In this document: one piece after another, positions 35,039 through 44,979 of the stretch | How positions within the stretch are numbered: position 1 is the stretch's first letter | Layout of the letters: every line of letters begins with the position of its first letter | Source: a virus | Taxonomy: Duplodnaviria; Caudoviricetes | DNA: 64,000 nt | Reading direction: 5' to 3' (one strand) | Virus record (IMG/VR): IMGVR_UViG_3300023194_000121 | Span: 770-64,769 of that record | Notes under the pieces: generated by a model | What the model saw: the letters and a program-made list of their open reading frames with translations, nothing else | Told to the model about the DNA's origin: nothing | The model's database searches: none | Position numbers and translations under genes: made by a program

Positions 35039-35562
35039 TGCGCAAAGACGCAACATTCACAGCGGAAGACGGCCGCGATAAAGGCAAGATCTTCAAGCTC
35101 ACCGAAATGCCCGCTACGAAGGCCGAGAAATGGGCGCTTCGCGCTCTTTCGGCTGCGGCGCGTCACGGTGTCGATGTCGGTCATATCGAAAGCGGCGGAA
35201 TGGCGTCCTTAGCAATCGTCGGCATACAAGCAATCGTTGCGGTTCCATTCGACGAAGCAGAGCCTCTTCTCGATGAGCTTTTCGAATGTGTGCAAATCGT
35301 TCGCGATCCTCGTCATCCGAACACTTCATTTCAGATCCTCGACGAAGATATCGAAGAAGTGATCACAAGGCTCAAAATCCGCAGGGAGGTCGTAAAGCTC
35401 CATGTGGATTTTTCCGCTCCCGCCGCCCTGTCGAAATCGGACAACCAATCAGACCAGGCGGTGGGAACTTCATCGACTACGTCAACGTCCCGCCCCTCAT
35501 TGGGGCAGCAATCTCAGCGGGTGCGGCCACGCTCCACGAGCTCCAAACAATCTACTCGGTAG
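35038..35562 (+). CDS. Tail assembly chaperone; probable -1 frameshift extension to 35645
   Basis: GRDKGKIFKLTEMPATKAEKWALRAL...L..LR.EV.KLHVDF; slippery GGATTTTTC at 35406-35414. Confidence 0.75.
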   Translation: MRKDATFTAEDGRDKGKIFKLTEMPATKAEKWALRALSAAARHGVDVGHIESGGMASLAIVGIQAIVAVPFDEAEPLLDELFECVQIVRDPRHPNTSFQILDEDIEEVITRLKIRREVVKLHVDFSAPAALSKSDNQSDQAVGTSSTTSTSRPSLGQQSQRVRPRSTSSKQSTR

Positions 35563-35684
35563 AGGATTGCTACGATCTTCTGGAGATCGTCATTGTCGAT
35601 CGGCATAATGCCAATATGGTGAGAAAGAAGTCAGGAAGGCGGTGAGCCTCCTTAGCGTGGCTCAGGGCACAGCACGGGCAGCGG

Positions 35685-36110
35685 TTACGGCTGGATGATC
35701 TTCAAATCTCGAACTTCTTGCGCATTAAGATCATACGTGCAGACAACCATGACATGGGCATATGCGCCAAACTGATTTTGAAATTGAGCATCCGTGTCTG
35801 TTAGCGTCACGACGCCGGTAGTTTTAAAGTCTGCTCTAGCATTGCGGTTTGCAAAATAGATCGTTGACCATTTCGGCTCGCCATACTTCGCTAAAGAATT
35901 AGCCCTTTCTCTGCACATATATTGTGGGCTTAAAAGGTTAGTATTGTGGGCGGATAAATCGTCAATATCTTTGCAAAGCTTCCAATTTGTTTTGCATGTG
36001 GGATGCGCAGATTCTGCCTCTTGTGCATCTCGGTCATTATTGTGGGCTGAATAAATCCAAATTCCTATTAACCCCACAACCAGAAGCTTCACCCAACTGC
36101 TGGATTTCAT
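35685..36110 (-). CDS. Antisense moron: membrane-anchored extracytoplasmic protein
   Basis: AT-rich, N-terminal TM (KLLVVGLIGIWIY), Cys pairs; inserted between chaperone and tape measure. Confidence 0.7.
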   Translation of the reverse strand: MKSSSWVKLLVVGLIGIWIYSAHNNDRDAQEAESAHPTCKTNWKLCKDIDDLSAHNTNLLSPQYMCRERANSLAKYGEPKWSTIYFANRNARADFKTTGVVTLTDTDAQFQNQFGAYAHVMVVCTYDLNAQEVRDLKIIQP

Positions 36111-36134
36111 TTTCCGCCCCTATGGAATAGCTAA

Positions 36135-37928
36135 ATGCCCACGCTAATCGACAGCCTCATCATCGAACTCGGTCTCGATCCGACGAAGTTCGAAGAGGGC
36201 CAGAAGAAGGCGGCCGCCGGACTTGTCAAGACGAAGGACGCGGCGACCAAGGCCGGGAAAGAGATCGAGGAAGGCAATAAGAAAGCCGCCGAGAGTTTTG
36301 GGGCCGTAAAAAGCGAAGCCTTAAGCTTACTTGCGGTCTTTATAGGCGGAGCTGGGGTCAAGGCCTTTTTGTCCGATGTGTCGAAGGTCGCCGCTGAAAC
36401 CGGCCGAATGGGCACGATGCTTGGCCAGCCGTCGCAAAACCTATCGGCTTTCGGCATGGCCGTTGAGCGTTTTGGTGGATCGTCCAGGAATGCCGTCGGC
36501 AATATCTCTCAGCTAACTGATATGCTTGAGGGACTGAAGGCTGAAGGCAAAATGCCTCCTCAGTCTATGTTCATGATGTTCCAGAACGCTGGCATGAACT
36601 TCGACATGCAGAAAGACGCGGTTTCGCAAACGTATGAAATTGCGACTGCCCTGCAGAAGATTTTTCAAAACAATCCGGTTCGGGCCGGATATTGGGCGCG
36701 GCAGCTCGGTCTTGATCCAGGCACCTATCAGCTCATGGTCAAAATGGGTCCGGGGCTCAGGACCTATGTCGATAATCTGAAGCGCCTCGCACCGTCCGAT
36801 CGTGATGTGCAGGTTTCTCAGGATTTTTGGAGCGCTTGGGCCGGGACAGGGCAGGAGGTCAGCTTTCTCGGGACGAAGATCGCCTCCGATCTTTTGCCGC
36901 CGCTCACGGCTCTGCTGAAGGATATTGAGCCCGTCATCCATTCGATGGGCGAATGGGCCGAAAAAAACCCCGAGGTTGTCAAAGGGATCGCCGCCTTGGT
37001 GGCTCTTCTCACGGCGGCGGGTGTTGCCAAGAGCATCGCCAACGTGCTGGCGCTTGCTGGCGCTCTGCGAGGTCTCGCTGGGGCTACGGCGGCGGCAGAA
37101 GCAGCAGGCGCCGCGGCGACCACCGGCGGCCTTGCTGGTTTGCTCGCCATGGCCGGGCGCTTTGGTCTGCTCGGAGCCGCTGGATACGCCCTCTATGAGA
37201 CGGTCCGTCCCCAACCAGCAGGCGACGGTGAGGACGAGGCCGCGCGGCAAAGGCGTTTTGGTCAGGGGAACCTGGCACGCGGCATGATCGGGTTGCGCAG
37301 CGCTTCCGGAGGGATTGCGGCGCGTGACGCGGCGGCTCTCATCCGAAAGGTCGGCGGGACGGAACAGGAAGCTGTGATGCTAGGCGCGATCGCTGCTGGT
37401 GAATCTGGTGGCAATGCAAGGGCACACAACGCGAACGCTGCGACCGGCGATAATTCCTATGGCCTCTGGCAGATTAATATGATCGGCGGCCTCGAACGGG
37501 AGCGCCTGGCAAAATACGGTCTCAAAGACAAAACCGATCTCTATGATCCGGAGACAAATGCGCGCGTCGCATTGGCGATGGCGCGGGCGGCTGGCGGATA
37601 TAGAGATTGGTCTGTATTCAAATCCGGGGCCTACCTTCCGTATGTGAATGCAGCACGTGATGGCGCGACAGGAGCCGCTCGCACGACAAGAGACGCCGTT
37701 CTGCCTCCTATGCCATCCGTCAATGTTCCCGCGTATAGCGCTGCCACGGCGGCTGATGCTGCTGCCACAACGAACAATGACAATCGGTCCTATCGTCCGA
37801 TGACGGTTCATGTCGGCGGCGTGAATGTCCATGCACCGGGTGCCGATGCCAATGGTGTGGCAAATGGCATCGATCGCGCTTTGACGGACTCGCTTTACAT
37901 ATCGCAGCTTGATTCAGGCCCGCAATAA
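36135..37928 (+). CDS. Tape measure protein with C-terminal lytic transglycosylase-like domain
   Basis: MPTLIDSLIIELGLD; AIAAGESGG...DNSYGLWQINM...LYDPETNARVA. Confidence 0.88.
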   Translation: MPTLIDSLIIELGLDPTKFEEGQKKAAAGLVKTKDAATKAGKEIEEGNKKAAESFGAVKSEALSLLAVFIGGAGVKAFLSDVSKVAAETGRMGTMLGQPSQNLSAFGMAVERFGGSSRNAVGNISQLTDMLEGLKAEGKMPPQSMFMMFQNAGMNFDMQKDAVSQTYEIATALQKIFQNNPVRAGYWARQLGLDPGTYQLMVKMGPGLRTYVDNLKRLAPSDRDVQVSQDFWSAWAGTGQEVSFLGTKIASDLLPPLTALLKDIEPVIHSMGEWAEKNPEVVKGIAALVALLTAAGVAKSIANVLALAGALRGLAGATAAAEAAGAAATTGGLAGLLAMAGRFGLLGAAGYALYETVRPQPAGDGEDEAARQRRFGQGNLARGMIGLRSASGGIAARDAAALIRKVGGTEQEAVMLGAIAAGESGGNARAHNANAATGDNSYGLWQINMIGGLERERLAKYGLKDKTDLYDPETNARVALAMARAAGGYRDWSVFKSGAYLPYVNAARDGATGAARTTRDAVLPPMPSVNVPAYSAATAADAAATTNNDNRSYRPMTVHVGGVNVHAPGADANGVANGIDRALTDSLYISQLDSGPQ

Positions 37929-38597
37929 ATGCCTTACGATGTTCCGGATGTCGACGGCGTCCCCGCGATTAGTTTCGCCGCTGAAGCGCTCGGTGAAGTC
38001 GTCACCTTCCTCACGAATGATGCCGTTTCATCCGGATCGCTTGTTCAAGAATGGGGTATCTATTCAGATAGCGTACCGACCATAAGTGCGGACTCTGTCG
38101 TTGATGCCTCCTATCGGCAAGACTGGAATATTTCGGATTATCCAATCGAGGCCGGATCGTTTGCGAGCTACAATAAAGTGAGGGTGCCGTTCGATGCGCG
38201 TGTCCGCTTTGCTTCGGGCGGCACATTGTCAAACAGAGAGGCACTGCTCAGTTCAATCGCGGCTATTGCTGATGACACAAATCTGTACGATGTCGTGACC
38301 CCAGAAGCGACGTACACGAACAGCAACATCGTTCACTACGAGTATCGTCGCTCTTCCAAAAATGGGCTTGGTCTAATGACGGTGGACATCTGGCTCCGTC
38401 AAATCATGCAGACTGCGAGCACTTCTTACAGCAGCACGGCAGCTCCGAGCGGGGCATCTCAAACGAATGACGGCACCGTGCAAACGACGACGCCGACGAC
38501 CACACAGCAAAATGCTGTAACGAACGGCGCGCCCGTTGGAACTGGCGATGTTCAGTATCGTACCATCACAGTTCATGGAGCCGGAAACTCGAATTAA
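37929..38597 (+). CDS. Baseplate/tail-tube initiator protein
   Basis: WNISDYPIEAGSFASYNKV..P; follows tape measure. Confidence 0.75.
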   Translation: MPYDVPDVDGVPAISFAAEALGEVVTFLTNDAVSSGSLVQEWGIYSDSVPTISADSVVDASYRQDWNISDYPIEAGSFASYNKVRVPFDARVRFASGGTLSNREALLSSIAAIADDTNLYDVVTPEATYTNSNIVHYEYRRSSKNGLGLMTVDIWLRQIMQTASTSYSSTAAPSGASQTNDGTVQTTTPTTTQQNAVTNGAPVGTGDVQYRTITVHGAGNSN

Positions 38598-38914
38598 TGC
38601 AGACGATCCCGTTGAATGCAACAGCGTCACAGACGCTGTCAGTGGTGCTCGATAACCAATATGTTCAGATTGACGTTTTTCAAAAAGCGTTCGGCCTCTA
38701 CATGAACGTTTATCTGGACAATGTTCTTGTGATCGCGGGTGTCGTCTGCGAAAATCTGAACACGATCGTGAAATCAGCCTACCGAGGATTATCTGGGGAT
38801 CTCGTGTTTCTTGATAATCAGGGTTCCGACGATCCGGTCTATAGCGGCCTCGGCAGCCGTTTCAGCCTTGTCTATCTCTCTGCTTCCGATCTAGCTGCGC
38901 TTGCCAATCCATGA
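38597..38914 (+). CDS. Baseplate plug protein
   Basis: MQTIPL.A..SQTLSVVL..Q...F.G.L.FLD.QG..DP.YSGLGSRF.LVY. Confidence 0.75.
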   Translation: MQTIPLNATASQTLSVVLDNQYVQIDVFQKAFGLYMNVYLDNVLVIAGVVCENLNTIVKSAYRGLSGDLVFLDNQGSDDPVYSGLGSRFSLVYLSASDLAALANP

Positions 38915-39777
38915 CCTTCTCAGAAAAGAAGATCAGCCTTACGATCAGCCTTGCCAATGGCTCCTTTGATAATGGAGCCAACAGCGCGACGCTCGAAGGC
39001 TATCGGGTTTCAAGTACGATCAAAGTGCCCGGTGGGGAAACGCAAGGAGCCATGGAATGCTCTGTTTTCGGTATGTCCGAAAGCTTGATGAACAGACTCT
39101 CGACTGTCGGTACACAATTCAACGCGCTCAGAAATAATACGATCACGCTCTCAGCTGGCGACGACGCCTCCGGCATGGCGACCGTGTTTCAGGGAACGCT
39201 ATTTTCCGCCTTCGTTGATGGGCAGTCGCAGCCGCAGGTTGCCTTTCGCATTTTGGCGACACCGGCATATTTTGAGAACGTGAAACCAGTCGCCTCGACA
39301 AGCGTCGATGGGAGTGCCGATGTTGCCATGATGATTAAACAGCTCGCGACATCGGCGGGTTTCCAATTCGAGAATAATGGTGTCTCAGCAAAGCTCGCAT
39401 CTCATTATGAATCTGGTTCAGCATTGCAGCAGATCGGGAATATCGCAAATGCAGCCGGAATTGCTTGGTGCTGTGAAAATAACGTGATTGCGATCTGGGA
39501 AAGAGGAAAAAGCCGTGGAACCGATACGATCGATGTATCGCCTCAGACCGGCATGGTGGGCTATCCGCTATTTAATCAAGCCCAGATCATCGTGAAGACC
39601 TTGTTCAATCCAGCGATCAAATATGGCCGCGCCATAAAGGTGGCGAGCGAGCTGAAGCCAGCGGTTGGCACATGGAACATCAATAATCTGACTCATGAGC
39701 TCGATGCGCGGATGCCGAACGGACGTTGGTTCACGACGATCGAAGCCTTGACTGCAAGCCCGGCACCGAAATCATGA
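38911..39777 (+). CDS. Baseplate hub protein
   Basis: MTFSEKKI..., SPQTGMVGYP, LFNPAIKYG. Confidence 0.8.
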   Translation: MTFSEKKISLTISLANGSFDNGANSATLEGYRVSSTIKVPGGETQGAMECSVFGMSESLMNRLSTVGTQFNALRNNTITLSAGDDASGMATVFQGTLFSAFVDGQSQPQVAFRILATPAYFENVKPVASTSVDGSADVAMMIKQLATSAGFQFENNGVSAKLASHYESGSALQQIGNIANAAGIAWCCENNVIAIWERGKSRGTDTIDVSPQTGMVGYPLFNQAQIIVKTLFNPAIKYGRAIKVASELKPAVGTWNINNLTHELDARMPNGRWFTTIEALTASPAPKS

Positions 39778-40454
39778 CAGATCAATATTATGGACAGCGC
39801 CAGGCACAGACGAATGGTTCGGATGTTTCGCGCAGCAAGTTTCTTGCACGCCAGGAGACTGGTCGCGTCCGCACCATGATCCCGGTCAAAGTCATCGCCG
39901 TCAAAGGCGGTGGCGTCGGCGCGCCGCCGACCGTGAACGTGAAGCCCTTGGTCAATCAGATCGACGGGCAGGGCAATTCGACCGAGCACGGAACGGTCTT
40001 CAATATCCCGGTGAGCCGCTTGCAGGGTGGTGGTAACGCAATCATCAATGATCCGGCCGTAGGCGACGTCGGTTACATCATGGTCGCCGATCGTGATATC
40101 TCATCGGTCAAGGCGAATGCAGGGCAGCAATCAAACCCCGGCTCATACCGGCGGTTCAACTTTGCTGACGGTGTCTATGTCGGCGCTATCCTGAATTCCG
40201 GCACGCCGGATCAATATGTCCACTTCACCAGCGATGGCATCGAGATATCCGACAAGAACGGGAATAAGATCACGATGACTTCTTCCGGGATCAATATTAC
40301 GGCTCCGGCCGGCGTAAATCTCAACGGCCTTGTCATCGATCAGAACGGAAAAGCGACGGGCCCGGCCGATATTATCGCAAATGGTATCAGCCTCGACACG
40401 CACGTTCACGGCGGGGTTCAGCCGGGCCCGGCAACAACTGGCGAGCCTGAATAA
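39774..40454 (+). CDS. Baseplate spike (Gp138/gpV-like)
   Basis: LQGG.NAII.DP.VGD.G....DRDISSVK...PGS.RRF...DG.Y; C-terminal SLDTHVHGGVQPG. Confidence 0.85.
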   Translation: MTDQYYGQRQAQTNGSDVSRSKFLARQETGRVRTMIPVKVIAVKGGGVGAPPTVNVKPLVNQIDGQGNSTEHGTVFNIPVSRLQGGGNAIINDPAVGDVGYIMVADRDISSVKANAGQQSNPGSYRRFNFADGVYVGAILNSGTPDQYVHFTSDGIEISDKNGNKITMTSSGINITAPAGVNLNGLVIDQNGKATGPADIIANGISLDTHVHGGVQPGPATTGEPE

Positions 40455-40456
40455 GA

Positions 40457-40810
40457 ATGGGGAGCACGCTTCTTCTCGATCGTTCTACATGGGATCTTGT
40501 GCTCGATATTAATAACAATATCGCTGTTGCAACGGAGCCGTATGCGCTCGCGCAAGATGCAGCCTCTTCATGCAAAGTCTTCAAAGGTGAGTGTTATTAC
40601 GACACGACGCGCGGAATTCCATACATCGACGTGATCTTCGGCAAGAATGTGCCTCTCTCGTTGATCAAGTCGTATCTGGCCAATGAATCCCTTCGGATCA
40701 GCGGCATCGTGACCGCAAACGCCTATATCAGCTCCTTGAGCGATCGCGATCTTGGCGCGCAGGTGCAGATTACGGATGCAAACGGCACGGCATTGGCGGT
40801 GAATATCTGA
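40457..40810 (+). CDS. Baseplate wedge gp25-like protein
   Basis: TLLLD..TWDL.LD...NIAVA..PYALAQD.A...F.GEC.YDTT.GIPY. Confidence 0.8.
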   Translation: MGSTLLLDRSTWDLVLDINNNIAVATEPYALAQDAASSCKVFKGECYYDTTRGIPYIDVIFGKNVPLSLIKSYLANESLRISGIVTANAYISSLSDRDLGAQVQITDANGTALAVNI

Positions 40811-42216
40811 TGGCGACAAACGTTCCGCCGATCACCTTCTCGGATACGGGCGTCACGACCCCGGCCGAAAGTGCGATCTATACCGGTGTCATCGAAGATC
40901 TGAACGCAGCCTTCTCGACAAGCTTCGACACGGATGGCGCCACGCCTCAAGGCCAGATGGCAACGAGTTTCGCGGCCATCATCGGCAACATCTATGATAC
41001 CTTTCTTGACTTCGTGAACCAGGTCGACCCGACTTATTCGTCGGGCCGATTTCAGGATGCCCTCGGGCGGCTCTATCTGCTCGAGCGAAACCCGGCCACA
41101 GCGACAACCCTGCAAATCATTTGCACTGGCGCGGCCGATGTTCCGATTCCGACCACGGCTCTCTTGCAGGATGCGTCCGGGAATATCTATCAATGCTCGG
41201 AGGCTGGAACCATTGGATCCGGGGGGACCGTTACCGTGCCGTTCGCCTGCCAGACGACGGGCGTTGTCCCGGTCCCCGATGCTGTAACCATCTATAGCGC
41301 GATTGCTGGATGGGATGCGGTCTCGATTGCCTCAGGAGTGATAGGGCAGGCTCAGGAGAGCCGATACGCCTTCGAGCAGCGGAGATCTGCTGCCGTTGCG
41401 AAAAACGGCGTAGGGTTCGTTTCTGCGATCCGTGGGGCCGTTCTCGCGATCGAGGGTGTCATCGATGCCTATGTCGTCCAGAATAATACCAATGCGGCCA
41501 AGGAAATCGGTGGCTACACGCTGATCGCCAATTCGATCTATATCGCAGTCGAAGGCGGCACGGATGCCGATGTCGCCGAAGCGATCTTCACGAAGCTTCC
41601 GCCGGGCTGTTCAATGAACGGCAATACGACGGTCAGCGTCGAGGATAACAACTCCGGCTATGTCGAACCTTATCCGTCCTACGACATCACCTTCGAGCGC
41701 CCGGCATCGCTGCGCGCCGCATTCGCGGTCACGATCGTCAGCGGTACCGATGTTCCATCCGATGCCGCGAGCGAGATTCAGACCGCAATCGTATCGGCTT
41801 TCAGCGGGGGCGATGGCGGCAGCGCTGTCTCTATCGGCGGTTCGCTCTACGCGACCCGTTATGTCGGACCCATCCTCGCTCTTGGTTCCTGGGCAAAGGT
41901 GATCTCGATCAAGGTCGGGTCCATCAATGATCCCGCCGCGACATTCACGGGCTCAATCGCTGGCACGACGTTGACGGTTTCAGCGGTGGCGTCCGGGGCG
42001 ATCGCGGTTGGCGCTTTCGTGATGGACGCCGCGGGCACGATCATAGCCGGAACGAAGATCATTTCGGGTTCCTCTGGCACCTATACGATCAATAATGCGC
42101 AAACGGTCGCTTCAGAAACCATGTTCGCGGTCGTGGCGGCGGATGACTTCGTGACCGTCGATATCGACCAGTATCCGACGATCTCGGCCGCTGACATTGC
42201 TGTTATTGAGGACTGA
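40810..42216 (+). CDS. Baseplate J/gp47-family protein
   Basis: TPQGQMA...VDP..SSGRFQDALGR.Y.L.R..A..T; ESR..FE.RR. Confidence 0.88.
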   Translation: MATNVPPITFSDTGVTTPAESAIYTGVIEDLNAAFSTSFDTDGATPQGQMATSFAAIIGNIYDTFLDFVNQVDPTYSSGRFQDALGRLYLLERNPATATTLQIICTGAADVPIPTTALLQDASGNIYQCSEAGTIGSGGTVTVPFACQTTGVVPVPDAVTIYSAIAGWDAVSIASGVIGQAQESRYAFEQRRSAAVAKNGVGFVSAIRGAVLAIEGVIDAYVVQNNTNAAKEIGGYTLIANSIYIAVEGGTDADVAEAIFTKLPPGCSMNGNTTVSVEDNNSGYVEPYPSYDITFERPASLRAAFAVTIVSGTDVPSDAASEIQTAIVSAFSGGDGGSAVSIGGSLYATRYVGPILALGSWAKVISIKVGSINDPAATFTGSIAGTTLTVSAVASGAIAVGAFVMDAAGTIIAGTKIISGSSGTYTINNAQTVASETMFAVVAADDFVTVDIDQYPTISAADIAVIED

Positions 42217-42225
42217 CGTTCCTTC

Positions 42226-42837
42226 ATGACTGATACGGGGCCTGCTTACCCGCACACGGCAACTGGGTTTGATCCTTGGAAGACTGTGCTTTCGCAATAT
42301 GCGAACAGCCCGGCCCTTACAGGGATCATCATGAGCTTCTTTTCGGCGGTCGATCTGACAGAGCCGCTTGATGAGTTCTATGCCGATGTCTGGGATCTTG
42401 AAACCGCGATCGGCTTCGGCCTCGATATCTGGGGGCGCATTCTTGGCGTCGGCCGGGTTCTTGAACTGGCTGATGGAGAGTTTCTTGGCTTGGCCCAGCA
42501 ATCGCCGACGGTGCTCAATTTCGGCTACGGCATTTTCTATTCCGGCCAGGGCGGTCTCGTCTCGAATTACACGATGACTGATGAGGAATATCGCTCGGCA
42601 CTATTCGCCAAGGCCTATGCGAACATCTCCGACGGTTCGATCAGGTCTATCAACAACATCCTGCTCACTTTGTTTCCGGGGAGTGGCAACTCGTATGTCA
42701 GAAGCAATGGTGCCATGAACCTGACGCTCGTTTTCGAATTCACGCCGACGAACATTCAAGCAGCGATCCTGACGCAGCTTGATATTTTGCCGCTTCCTGC
42801 TGGGGTCGCAGCTTCTTACGAATGGAGCGCTGCATAA
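42226..42837 (+). CDS. Baseplate wedge protein (DUF2612)
   Basis: TVLSQYANSP...WDL.TA.GFGLDIWGRI.GV.R...KA.ANI.DGSI..IN.IL..LFP. Confidence 0.88.
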   Translation: MTDTGPAYPHTATGFDPWKTVLSQYANSPALTGIIMSFFSAVDLTEPLDEFYADVWDLETAIGFGLDIWGRILGVGRVLELADGEFLGLAQQSPTVLNFGYGIFYSGQGGLVSNYTMTDEEYRSALFAKAYANISDGSIRSINNILLTLFPGSGNSYVRSNGAMNLTLVFEFTPTNIQAAILTQLDILPLPAGVAASYEWSAA

Positions 42838-43544
42838 TGCAGGCCTCAGATATCCCGTCGAAATTTCCGAAGGCCTTTGGAGAGGATGCATCAACTGGCT
42901 ATATTCGTACCGTTCCGGAAACGACGACTGACGCGGCCGCAGCATCCCTGACGTTAGGTTTCCCGCCGGAAACATTTCTGAAGATTGGTGACGGCGGCTC
43001 GCCGCCTGATGGCCGCGATGTGAACGGCATCCTCTATCAGATCTCGGCATGGACGAAATGGCTGAATGCTGGCGGCCCGGTTCCCTACGATAGCACCTTT
43101 CAGACGAACATTACCGGATATCCGAAAGGCGCTTTCGTAAAATCTGCGACAACCGACAATCTGTATTGGCTCTCGACCGTCGATGGAAACACGACGAACC
43201 CGGATACTGGCGGGGCCGGGTGGGTTTGCTTCAGCCCTCTGGGGGTGACACGGATCGTCACGGCAAGCGGTGCGTTCACGACGACGCTTGCAGATGAAAC
43301 GATCGGCTTGAACCGGACAACTTCTGTTGCCGCATCGAGCACGACGCTGCCGGCGTCGCCTGTTGGCAAGAAGTTCAGGTTTGTCGATCTCGCCGCGAAT
43401 TTCAATGCATTTCCGGTGACGATCACCGCTCCGGCCGGGCAGACATTCCCCGAAGGGCTGACGGCGGTCACCGCGAACGTGAACAGGCAGACCCTCGAAG
43501 TCCAATATTTTGGCAGCAACATATGGAGCGTGAAGCTGCAGTAG
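42837..43544 (+). CDS. Short tail-fibre proximal/attachment protein
   Basis: IP.KF...F...GFPP.TF.....GG.PPDGRDVNGILY.IS...GYPKGA...W.S..D.NTTNPD. Confidence 0.75.
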   Translation: MQASDIPSKFPKAFGEDASTGYIRTVPETTTDAAAASLTLGFPPETFLKIGDGGSPPDGRDVNGILYQISAWTKWLNAGGPVPYDSTFQTNITGYPKGAFVKSATTDNLYWLSTVDGNTTNPDTGGAGWVCFSPLGVTRIVTASGAFTTTLADETIGLNRTTSVAASSTTLPASPVGKKFRFVDLAANFNAFPVTITAPAGQTFPEGLTAVTANVNRQTLEVQYFGSNIWSVKLQ

Positions 43545-43569
43545 CAGCGGGCTTCATCGTCAGGAGATC

Positions 43570-43902
43570 ATGACAATGCGGAATAAAAAGTTCGCGGGCT
43601 CGCTCGCGGCTGGCGGAGCTTTGCTTCTTATTGGCGGTGCCATCATCGGCTTCAGCTCGGTAAAAGCACCGCGATGGGCAATCGACAAATGCGAGAATTT
43701 CGGCGGCTTAGGTCGCTTCGAGCATAACGCATCGACGCTCGTTGTTCAGTCGATGTGCAAGGACAATCATTCTGTCGACATGAATGGTGGCCGCGAATGT
43801 GAGGCCCATGGCGGTAACGCGATGATCTTCTCTTTCATGTCGCCGGCCGATGTCGCCCTTTGTCGTGACGGCTCCCGCTATTCGACGGCCCTGCATAACT
43901 GA
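43570..43902 (+). CDS. Small Cys-containing exported hypothetical protein
   Basis: N-terminal hydrophobic segment, four Cys. Confidence 0.55.
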   Translation: MTMRNKKFAGSLAAGGALLLIGGAIIGFSSVKAPRWAIDKCENFGGLGRFEHNASTLVVQSMCKDNHSVDMNGGRECEAHGGNAMIFSFMSPADVALCRDGSRYSTALHN

Positions 43903-43913
43903 GGCTCGCCTTG

Positions 43914-44969
43914 ATGAAAAAAATCAGCGTCAAGGTTCTCAGCCTTCTTTGCGTTTTTGTCGGGTTTTTCGCGGCGCCACCGCAAGGCATGGCGCAGTTC
44001 GCTTCGCAGGCGACATGGGGCGGCACCAGCACCGGCACGGCCAATGCGCAGGTCGTGAGTATCGCGAACGTCGGGTCGATGAGCGATCTTGTCGGCGTCA
44101 CGATCTCGTTTATTCCAGGAGCTGGCCTCACGAACTCGGGAGCCACGACTTTCCAGATCGGAGCTCTTGCTGCACAGCCGGTCCGGAAGGTTGGGTACGG
44201 TGTCCTTGCGGCGCTGACCGGCGGCGAACTGGTCGCCGGGGCGCCCGCTTCGGCGCTCTGGGATGGTACCGAGTGGGTTTTGCAGACGAACTACGCTGGG
44301 CCGGACGCCGTAGGCACATTGAAGACGACGGCCTCGGCTACGGCAGATGCGGGCTATCTCCTCGCCTATGGCCAATGTGTCAGCCAGACGACCTATGCCG
44401 CGCTCTACGCGGCGCTCGGGACCACCTATGGCACGGGCTGCTCTGCTGGACAGTTTCCGGTTCCGGACATGCGCGGGCGCGCGGCCTTCGGCAAGGACAA
44501 CATGGGTGGTACGGCGGCGAACCGCATAACGTCGGCCGGGGGGCTCTACAACGGGACGGTTCTCGGTGCGGCGGGCGGCGTCCAGAGCACCATTGTCAGC
44601 CAGACTAACCTCGCGTCCTTCAACCTGACGACCTACGATCCGGGACACTCTCACGGCATCAACCGAGACGCGCAGGGCATCAACGATCCGGGACACACCC
44701 ACACCTATCAGATCCCGAATACGGGCGGCGTGACCCCGACCGGCAACGGCGGCTCGATCAACTCGTGGACTGTCGGTGCCTTCAACACTACAAATACCGG
44801 ATCGGCGACGACGAGCATCACGGTCTGCCAGATCGGCGAGGGGTGTAACGCGGGCGGCATCGCCATCGCGACTGCGTATACCGGCATAATCGTACAGTCC
44901 GGGGGTAGCAACGTGCCCCTCCCGACGCTGAGCCCATCCATCATCGTCAACTATGAGATCAAATATTAA
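43914..44969 (+). CDS. Tail-collar-domain fibre protein with predicted signal peptide
   Basis: Collar motif GYLLAYGQCVSQTTYAALYAALGTTYG...FPVPDMRGRAAFG; N-term MKKISVKVLSLLCVFVGFFAAPPQGMA. Confidence 0.8.
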   Translation: MKKISVKVLSLLCVFVGFFAAPPQGMAQFASQATWGGTSTGTANAQVVSIANVGSMSDLVGVTISFIPGAGLTNSGATTFQIGALAAQPVRKVGYGVLAALTGGELVAGAPASALWDGTEWVLQTNYAGPDAVGTLKTTASATADAGYLLAYGQCVSQTTYAALYAALGTTYGTGCSAGQFPVPDMRGRAAFGKDNMGGTAANRITSAGGLYNGTVLGAAGGVQSTIVSQTNLASFNLTTYDPGHSHGINRDAQGINDPGHTHTYQIPNTGGVTPTGNGGSINSWTVGAFNTTNTGSATTSITVCQIGEGCNAGGIAIATAYTGIIVQSGGSNVPLPTLSPSIIVNYEIKY

Positions 44970-44979
44970 GAGGATTTCC

